DNA from: an uncultured Gemmatimonadota bacterium
GTDB lineage: Bacteria; SM23-81
NCBI GenBank assembly: GCA_964584035.1
Contig: CAZOYL010000029.1
Coordinates: 1-23,308 of the forward strand
Reading direction: 5' to 3'
DNA length: 23,308 nt
Numbering within the stretch: position 1 is the first letter of the stretch; each line of letters begins with the position of its first letter. The translations under genes and the position numbers were made by a program. This document shows, one piece after another, positions 17,353-23,308 of this stretch. Under the pieces are notes generated by a model. It saw nothing but the letters and a program-made list of their open reading frames with translations, was not told the DNA's origin and made no database searches.

Positions 17353-17855
17353 CTGTCCCCCTTCCCGGCGAACGATTTCTTGACATGCGGGATCAGGCCT
17401 CCATCCTCCATGATGCCCATGACGAATTCAGGAAGCGGCGGAAAAGAAAAGGTCCCTTCCGGTGAGATGATCTGGCCGGCCGACAGATCCACGGTCACCT
17501 CCTGGCCGGCCTCGATCGCCGCGGCCGCCTCCGGCACCGTCAGGGCGGGCAAACCCTGATTGATAGCGTTGCGATAGAAGATGCGGGCAAAGGATACGGC
17601 GATAATGGCGCCCACTCCGGCGTACTTCAGGCAGGTGGCCGCCTGTTCCCGGGAGCTGCCGCAGCCAAAGTTTTTGCCGGCCACGATCACATCGCCCGGT
17701 TTCACCCGGCGGACGAAATCGGGGTCGAGATCTTCCAGCGCGTGTTGGGCCATCTCCTGCGGATCGCTGACCGTGTATGTGTATTTTCCGGGAAAGATGA
17801 CGTCCGTATTGACATCATCGCCGTATTTCCAGGTATTTCCTCGTATGGTTTTCAC
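17349..17855 (-). CDS. leuD: 3-isopropylmalate/homoaconitate dehydratase small subunit (LeuD type 2 / HacB)
   Basis: [51 protein letters not shown]. Confidence 0.88.
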   Translation of the reverse strand: MKTIRGNTWKYGDDVNTDVIFPGKYTYTVSDPQEMAQHALEDLDPDFVRRVKPGDVIVAGKNFGCGSSREQAATCLKYAGVGAIIAVSFARIFYRNAINQGLPALTVPEAAAAIEAGQEVTVDLSAGQIISPEGTFSFPPLPEFVMGIMEDGGLIPHVKKSFAGKGDR

Positions 17856-17877
17856 GTTCCTCCTCCCCCGGCCCCGT

Positions 17878-19146
17878 TCAATGGGCCGGCCTGTCGCGGG
17901 GATCGACGATCGTTCCGGCCACAGCCGAGGCCGCCACGGTCGCGGGGCTGGCCAGAAATACGGAGGCTTCCTTGCATCCCATCCGGCCCTTGAAATTCCG
18001 ATTGGCCGTGGAGATACAAACCTCTCCTGGGGCCAGGACGCCCTCGTGGGCGCCCAGACAAGGCCCGCAGCCGGGATTCAGGATCACCGCCCCAGCGGCG
18101 GCCAGCGTCTCCAGGATCCCTTCGGCGATGGCTTGACGGTAAATCTGGGCCGAGGCCGGCAGAATCAGCAGCCGAACCCCCGGCGCCACCCGGCGGCCCT
18201 GCAGGATCGCCGCGGCCGCCCGGAGATCGTCCAGACGGCCGTTGGTGCAGGTCCCGACCAGGGCCTGATGAATGGTGGTTCCGGCCACTCCGCCGACCGG
18301 CGTCACGTTATCCACGGTATGCGGCATGGCCACCTGCGGCTCAAGGTCTGTGACATCGTAATGGATGGTCCGCTCCAGATCAGCATCGGGATCGGAAGCC
18401 ACCGCCTCCCAGGATTCCTCGACGCGGCCCCGGAGCCACTGCCGGGTCTTTTCGTCGGCCGCCACGATGCCCGCCTTGGCGCCCATTTCCGCCGACATGT
18501 TACACAGCGTCATGCGGCCGGAGATGTCCATTTCATCGATGGCTGGTCCGCGAAATTCCACCGCCCGGTAAAGGGCTCCATCGGCACCGATATCTCCGAT
18601 GATGTGCAGAATGAGATCCTTGGGAAAAACGCCCGGCTGGAAAGTTCCTTCGACCTCGATGACGATCGTCTCAGGGACCATCAGCCAGATCTTTCCGGTG
18701 GCCCAGATGACGGCCGCCTCGCTCCGGCCGATGCCGGCGGCGAAAGCCCCTAGGGCGCCATAGGTGGTTGTATGAGAGTCACTTCCCAGGATCAGCGAGC
18801 CGGGAACGACATGGCCCTCCTGGGGAACCACCTGATGGCAGATGCCCACGCCGACATCGTAAAAATGACGAATGCCCTGCCGGCGGACGAACTCTCTGAT
18901 GATCTGATGGTTGGTGGCCGTTTTCTCGTTGGCGGCCGGGACCACATGGTCCAGAACGATGACCGGACGCTCCGCATCCCAGACTCGCTCCTGACCCAGC
19001 TGGGCGAACTTGCCCGAAATGGCAGCCGAGTTGTCATGGGTCAGGATGACATCGGGGCTCACGGTGACGATCTGTCCCGGTGAAACGGTCTCAAGGCCCG
19101 CTTTTTGAGCGAGTATCTTCTGACTGATGGTCTGTGAAATCGGCAT
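17878..19146 (-). CDS. leuC: 3-isopropylmalate/homoaconitate dehydratase large subunit (LeuC type 2 / HacA)
   Basis: [45 protein letters not shown], [4Fe-4S] ligands GTCTNGR and [31 protein letters not shown]. Start at ATG 19146 after GGAGG. Confidence 0.9.
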   Translation of the reverse strand: MPISQTISQKILAQKAGLETVSPGQIVTVSPDVILTHDNSAAISGKFAQLGQERVWDAERPVIVLDHVVPAANEKTATNHQIIREFVRRQGIRHFYDVGVGICHQVVPQEGHVVPGSLILGSDSHTTTYGALGAFAAGIGRSEAAVIWATGKIWLMVPETIVIEVEGTFQPGVFPKDLILHIIGDIGADGALYRAVEFRGPAIDEMDISGRMTLCNMSAEMGAKAGIVAADEKTRQWLRGRVEESWEAVASDPDADLERTIHYDVTDLEPQVAMPHTVDNVTPVGGVAGTTIHQALVGTCTNGRLDDLRAAAAILQGRRVAPGVRLLILPASAQIYRQAIAEGILETLAAAGAVILNPGCGPCLGAHEGVLAPGEVCISTANRNFKGRMGCKEASVFLASPATVAASAVAGTIVDPRDRPAH

Positions 19147-19555
19147 CACTGCTATCCTCCGGAAAAAATAACAGGCTTCGAACCCGGCCGGCTGCGGGCA
19201 GACGAAAAACGAGAAGGCCCCCGACCGGATCTGCTGATTCACCGTCAAGGTATTCGGCCAGCAGCGGGGAGTCCTCGAGCGGCCGGTAGAGACGGCCGGC
19301 CTCGTCCTCCAGACGGAATAGGCCCGGTGACCACCGTTCGATGCCGTCCGGAACGGTTTCGAACCGCACCGTGACCATGACCAGCTGTTCTCCGGGTCCG
19401 GCCCTCCGGTTTCCCCAGCGCTCGGCCCGGTGCACTCCGGTCACGGTCATATCTCCCGCCGGCAGGAATGTGTTCCGTTCCCGCAGCAGCCAGATCACCA
19501 CCAGCAGGGCCGTCAGGTAGACGGCGATCCGGATGATGGTCGCTCGAGAGAACAT
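19091..19555 (-). CDS. Membrane-anchored hypothetical protein with DUF4352-like Ig fold
   Basis: N-terminal TM helix IIRIAVYLTALLVVIWLL; pattern MTVTGV...PGEQLVMVTVRFE...FRLEDEAGRLY...GLLVFRLP resembles DUF4352. The 3' end overlaps the leuC start by 56 bp. Confidence 0.55.
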   Translation of the reverse strand: MFSRATIIRIAVYLTALLVVIWLLRERNTFLPAGDMTVTGVHRAERWGNRRAGPGEQLVMVTVRFETVPDGIERWSPGLFRLEDEAGRLYRPLEDSPLLAEYLDGESADPVGGLLVFRLPAAGRVRSLLFFPEDSSDADFTDHQSEDTRSKSGP

Positions 19556-19560
19556 GATCC

Positions 19561-20094
19561 CTATGGCGGCCCCCCGCCGCGTTCGCGTTTCATGATCGCC
19601 AGCAGATCTTCCGGCAAGCTCTGGCGGTTCTCTCTGGTCACCAGCCTGACCGAGACGTCCCGGCGCTGACGGATACGGTCCAGAAAGGACGTGGACCGCA
19701 TCTGCAGGGTACCCAGTACATCCTGGGGAGCATCTAGGGCCCGAATGACTTCAGACTGAAAGGACGGGCAGTAGTTTTCCATGCGGCCGATCTCGTCCAT
19801 GACGATCAGATCGGCGGACTCGATCGCCCGGCTCAGAGCCGGGATGCCCACCCGTTCCATGTCCGCCGTGTTGACCCCGTAATGACCGACCCGAAAGGGG
19901 CCGGAAATATCGATATGGGCCAATACGCCCTCCTGCCCGGTATCCACCGCCCGGATGCTGAATCCCACGCGGCGGCCGCCGCGGCGGATCTCCTGGGTGG
20001 TGAACCCGCCCATTCGGCCCTCGAGATTCTGCAGCACGTACCGAATGATGGTGGTTTTTCCCACTCCGGGATAACCGGTGATGAGGATATTCAT
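19561..20094 (-). CDS. THEP1/NTPase_1-family nucleoside triphosphatase
   Basis: MNILITGYPGVGKTT (Walker A), GGFTTQEIRRGGRRVGF, RVGHYGV, DLIVMDEIGRME (Walker B), VTRENR. Confidence 0.9.
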   Translation of the reverse strand: MNILITGYPGVGKTTIIRYVLQNLEGRMGGFTTQEIRRGGRRVGFSIRAVDTGQEGVLAHIDISGPFRVGHYGVNTADMERVGIPALSRAIESADLIVMDEIGRMENYCPSFQSEVIRALDAPQDVLGTLQMRSTSFLDRIRQRRDVSVRLVTRENRQSLPEDLLAIMKRERGGGPP

Positions 20095-20163
20095 GGATTC
20101 CGGTCCCCCCCAACGATGGCCCAGGAGCAGCTGATGGGTATCCCTAACTCCCTATTTCTAATC

Positions 20164-20192
20164 AAAATAGCTACAAGAACCGGCGATGGCAA
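20164..20192 (-). promoter_or_regulatory. Sigma70-type promoter for the NTPase-leuCD-protease unit
   Basis: Minus strand TTGCCA (20192-20187), 17 bp spacer, TATTTT (20169-20164). Confidence 0.55.
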
Positions 20193-20316
20193 GAGATTTT
20201 TACCGTCGGTGGGAGAGATAAATGCGGGCGGACGCAGAGAGGGTCCGGAGGATCGGCAAAGCGGTTCGGAGCACACAGAATGTTCACCGGTCGGGCACAG
20301 AATCCGGACGGTCGGG

Positions 20317-21612
20317 TCAGTCTTTCTCGGAAGGCACGATATGAGGGGTCACGAAAATAACCAGATCGGTTTTAGTCACCTCCTCGCGGGCGAACTTGAA
20401 CAGATGCCCCAGCAGCGGGATGTCTTTCAGAAGGGGCAGACCTTTTTCCAGCCGCTTGGTGTCCTGAGTGGTCAGACCGCCGATGACGGCCGTCTGACCA
20501 TTTCTGACCACCACGCTGGTCTGAGCTTTCTGGGTATTGATGATGATGCCGGCGCCGGGGTCAACCTCATAGGAGCTGCGTTCCGGCAGCAGATCCATCA
20601 GAATAGAGTTCTCGGAGGTGATATGGGGCGTCACCGTCAGTTGGGTTCCCACCTGAGTCATCTGGGTGATGACGTTGCCGGCCTCGTCCAGGACCTTCAG
20701 GGGGATCTCCTGCCCCATCAGAATGGTGGCCTGTTTATTATCCAGAGTGGTGATCTCCGGGTGGGCCAGAATCTCGGCCTGGTTGTTGCTGACCATGGTG
20801 GACAACAGGGCGTCCAGATTGATGTTATCCTTCATGGTGCTGTAGGTAAATTTTCCCAGAACCTCGGAGACCCCACCGGTGGTGGACTGCTCTCCGCTGC
20901 GGCCGTTCTGGATGACGGTCCAATCGATGCCCATCTCGAACAGCGCTTTGGAATCGATCTCGAACAGCTTGGTCGAGATGGTGATCTGCGGGGTTTCCTG
21001 GTCCAGCTCATCAATGATCTCGGTCACCAGATCGAGATTGTCAGACACATCGGTGATAATCAGCGCGTTGGTCCGCCGATCCACGTCGATCCGCCCCCGG
21101 GGCGAGAGCACCGATACCAGCGCCCCCTGGATCTCCTCCGCCGTGGCGTGTTCCACTGGGACGATACGATGTTCCAGCTGAGTCAGGTTCTCTTTGTCCT
21201 GAAGATATCTCTGCAATTCCAATTCGGTGCTGTAGAGCTCATCCAGCGGCAGCACACGAATATAGCCCTCCTCCTCCAGAGCGGCCAGGTGATTGATCTT
21301 CATGATGATCTCCAGCGCCTCACGCCAGTTGACTTCGCGAAGCTGGACATCGACCACGGTGCCTTTCACACTGGCACTGGCCACGATGTTCTGTCCGCTG
21401 AACTCGGATAGAAAACGCAGCACGGCCAGCAGATCGGCATTCTGCAGGTTGAGGGATTTGATCACCTTCTGCGACCCGCCGCCCTGCGGCCCTCCGCCGC
21501 CCTGCGGCCCTCCGCCGCCCTGCGGCCCTCCGCCCCAACCTGCCGGGGCCAGCAGCAGAAATAGCCACAGGGTCACAAGAGTCGTCCTGACAAACACCTT
21601 TGCCGATATCAT
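20317..21612 (-). CDS. pilQ: Type IV pilus secretin PilQ (short, no AMIN domains)
   Basis: Signal peptide from ATG 21612; N0 domain SLNLQNADLLAVLRFLSE...VNWREALEIIM; N-domain DRRTNALIITD...LDQETPQITI; secretin PEITTLDNKQATI, VGTQLTVTPHI, GQTAVIGGL, PLLKDIPLLGHLFK, LVIFVTPHIV; follows pilO and pilP. Confidence 0.9.
   Translation of the reverse strand: MISAKVFVRTTLVTLWLFLLLAPAGWGGGPQGGGGPQGGGGPQGGGSQKVIKSLNLQNADLLAVLRFLSEFSGQNIVASASVKGTVVDVQLREVNWREALEIIMKINHLAALEEEGYIRVLPLDELYSTELELQRYLQDKENLTQLEHRIVPVEHATAEEIQGALVSVLSPRGRIDVDRRTNALIITDVSDNLDLVTEIIDELDQETPQITISTKLFEIDSKALFEMGIDWTVIQNGRSGEQSTTGGVSEVLGKFTYSTMKDNINLDALLSTMVSNNQAEILAHPEITTLDNKQATILMGQEIPLKVLDEAGNVITQMTQVGTQLTVTPHITSENSILMDLLPERSSYEVDPGAGIIINTQKAQTSVVVRNGQTAVIGGLTTQDTKRLEKGLPLLKDIPLLGHLFKFAREEVTKTDLVIFVTPHIVPSEKD
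21476..21534. repeat. Perfect 18-bp tandem repeat (3.3 copies) within pilQ, encoding (GGGPQG)n
   Basis: CCGCCGCCCTGCGGCCCT at 21476, 21494 and 21512, plus partial CCGCC at 21530. Confidence 0.95.
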
Positions 21613-21637
21613 GGTTTTTTCCTCATGGGAAGGACAC

Positions 21638-22657
21638 CTACTGGGGAATTTTAAGAATGACCGTACGATCCAGGCCACGGCGGTTGAGATAGAAAATCAC
21701 CCGCTCCGCCTCGATGCGGGCCACATATCCGAAAAGAACCCTGTCTCCCTTTCTGAGGACATAGCCGTTGTCGGCATCGTCCTGGGCCAAAGCCCGATAT
21801 CCATCGACTCCCTGGAGAATGCCGACGATGGAAAGTTTTTCCACATCCGGCAACGGCGTCTGCCCGAACTCAACCTTCTGGGTGGCCGGCAGGGGGATAA
21901 AGGGATCTCTCCGGCCGTCGCTGTGATAGGAGACCGGCTCACGAATGCCCAGGGCCAGCAGGCGGGACATCAGCGATCCCTGAGGAGCTTTCGAGTTAAC
22001 CGTATCCGGTGGCACTTCCTCCGCTACCGCTTCGACCGGCAACGCTTCTGCGGGCGATACTTCGACGGGCGGAACCTCGACGGTGACCGCTTCGACCTGA
22101 CCGGCAGACGCTTCATCATCCGCAACGTCGGCCGTCGCCCTCGACCCGGTTTCTCCATGTTCCAGAGCCGGGAGAACACCGGGTTTTTTATCGGGCGGCC
22201 CCTCCTCTGCGGCCATTCGGGGCGGTCGCTGTAAAACAACCGCCAGACCGTTTTCCAGGGCCGTCATCTGGAAGGGCAGCAAGCTTCGGAGATCCAGGAC
22301 AATCCGTACCACGGGATCGGGATAGGGACGATACTGGCTGGTCCGAACTCGCTGGATCGCATCGGTCACCGAAGGTTCATATTGATAACGATCCAGGGCA
22401 TGAACGGCATCGGCCAGATCGATCACCAGCCGGGGCGGTGATTCGTCTATGGTGAAGAAGCTGTATTGCGCCGGGCCATCGGTCTGGATGCTCATCCGAA
22501 CCTCACCGGGCAAAGCGGAAAAAGAAAGACCGGTCACCCGATAGGCGGCCTCTAAAGGAGAGAACCATAGGGAGACCATCAGAGGCATCATGAGCATACC
22601 CGGCCATTTCCACGATAAGGCCCGCTGAGATATGATCCTCGTTTCGCGGCAGCTCAA
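21638..22657 (-). CDS. pilP: AMIN domain - acidic linker - PilP-like domain fusion
   Basis: AMIN: YSFFTIDESPPRLVIDL...IQRVRTSQY...VVRIVLDL. PilP-like: GRRDPFIP...LSIVGIL...RALAQD...GYVLRKGDRV..GYVARIEAERV. Occupies the pilP slot between pilO and pilQ; TTG start overlaps the pilO TGA. Confidence 0.75.
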   Translation of the reverse strand: MSCRETRIISQRALSWKWPGMLMMPLMVSLWFSPLEAAYRVTGLSFSALPGEVRMSIQTDGPAQYSFFTIDESPPRLVIDLADAVHALDRYQYEPSVTDAIQRVRTSQYRPYPDPVVRIVLDLRSLLPFQMTALENGLAVVLQRPPRMAAEEGPPDKKPGVLPALEHGETGSRATADVADDEASAGQVEAVTVEVPPVEVSPAEALPVEAVAEEVPPDTVNSKAPQGSLMSRLLALGIREPVSYHSDGRRDPFIPLPATQKVEFGQTPLPDVEKLSIVGILQGVDGYRALAQDDADNGYVLRKGDRVLFGYVARIEAERVIFYLNRRGLDRTVILKIPQ

Positions 22658-23259
22658 TGATCTTCCTCCTGCCCAGGGATGATCTTCTGGGACAGACTAT
22701 AGGTGGTCAAAATGAAACGGCTGCTGATGCTGGGTCCGACGATCTCGGTCTGTCCTTCTTCCGATTCTTTTTCCGGAGGCAGGGCTATGATGTCCAGATC
22801 GGAGACGTCGACGATGATGGGCAAATTGGCCACGTTGCTGAAAAACATACCCAATCCGTGATAGCTGGTTAACATCTCCACCTCATAGGGGTTCTCCGTG
22901 TAGAAATCCACGGTCGAGGAAGGCATCGGGGAAACGCGCTCCACGGTGGCGTCCACCTTCCCCTTGATGCGATGGAGATCCTGGATGAAATCGGACATGT
23001 TGCGCTCTCTGGGCAGCAGAGTCTCAACCACCTCCCACTGCTCTTGGAGCTGATCGTATTCCTGCTGCAGGGATACCCGGCGGGCAGCTTGCCGTTTGGC
23101 CGTTTCCAGAGAAGTTTTGAGATGCTGGAGTTCCTCAGATTTTTCCTTTTTTTGTACCACAATGGGGCGGTACATCCCGGTATACCAGAAATAGATCCCC
23201 ACACAGAGGACCAATATGGCTAAAATCAGGATCAGTACTTTTGTATCTTTGATAGTCAT
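22654..23259 (-). CDS. pilO: Type IV pilus assembly protein PilO
   Basis: N-terminal TM helix, coiled coil, LLPRERNMSDFIQD, FYTENPYEV...SYHGLGMFFSNVANLPIIV, ILTTY. Confidence 0.9.
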   Translation of the reverse strand: MTIKDTKVLILILAILVLCVGIYFWYTGMYRPIVVQKKEKSEELQHLKTSLETAKRQAARRVSLQQEYDQLQEQWEVVETLLPRERNMSDFIQDLHRIKGKVDATVERVSPMPSSTVDFYTENPYEVEMLTSYHGLGMFFSNVANLPIIVDVSDLDIIALPPEKESEEGQTEIVGPSISSRFILTTYSLSQKIIPGQEEDH

Positions 23260-23308
23260 CAGTATTTTTCAATCCTATGCGTCCGCCTGGAGGAGAACAA
23301 GCGCAGCC

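Noticed and set aside
23260..23308. 3' end of pilN expected upstream of pilO
   Set aside because: Only 49 bp are visible; the frame and identity cannot be established.
1..23308. CRISPR arrays, IS/integrase/phage genes, rRNA/tRNA, Sec/Pyl read-through
   Set aside because: No regularly spaced repeats, mobile-element motifs, RNA-gene signatures or in-frame stops interrupting conserved domains were seen by eye.

Overview
GC-rich chromosomal window from a diderm bacterium. Three secreted proteins with PNPFN/FlgD-Ig 'T9SS type A'-like C-terminal domains suggest an FCB-superphylum lineage such as KSB1, Zixibacteria or Latescibacteria (inference). Left to right: (-) xanthine dehydrogenase Mo-subunit (runs off the left edge, absent from the ORF track) and dihydropyrimidinase; (+) orphan NarL-family response regulator and XRE-cupin regulator; (-) murA, a gluzincin-peptidase/PD40-propeller/Omp85 fusion and a CTD-bearing MAM-like secreted protein; (-) a sigma54-promoter-driven CTD protein of unknown function; (+) an LpxH-family phosphoesterase; (-) THEP1 NTPase, DUF4352-like protein, leuC/leuD (HacA/B type) and a 1.4-kaa S8 protease with CTD; (-) the end of a type IV pilus operon (pilO, AMIN-PilP fusion, AMIN-less pilQ with an 18-bp tandem repeat). 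No tRNA, rRNA, CRISPR array or mobile element was seen. The best candidates for new biology are the POTRA-less peptidase-Omp85 coupled to a CTD cargo-like gene, and the relocation of the AMIN domain from PilQ to a non-lipoprotein PilP.
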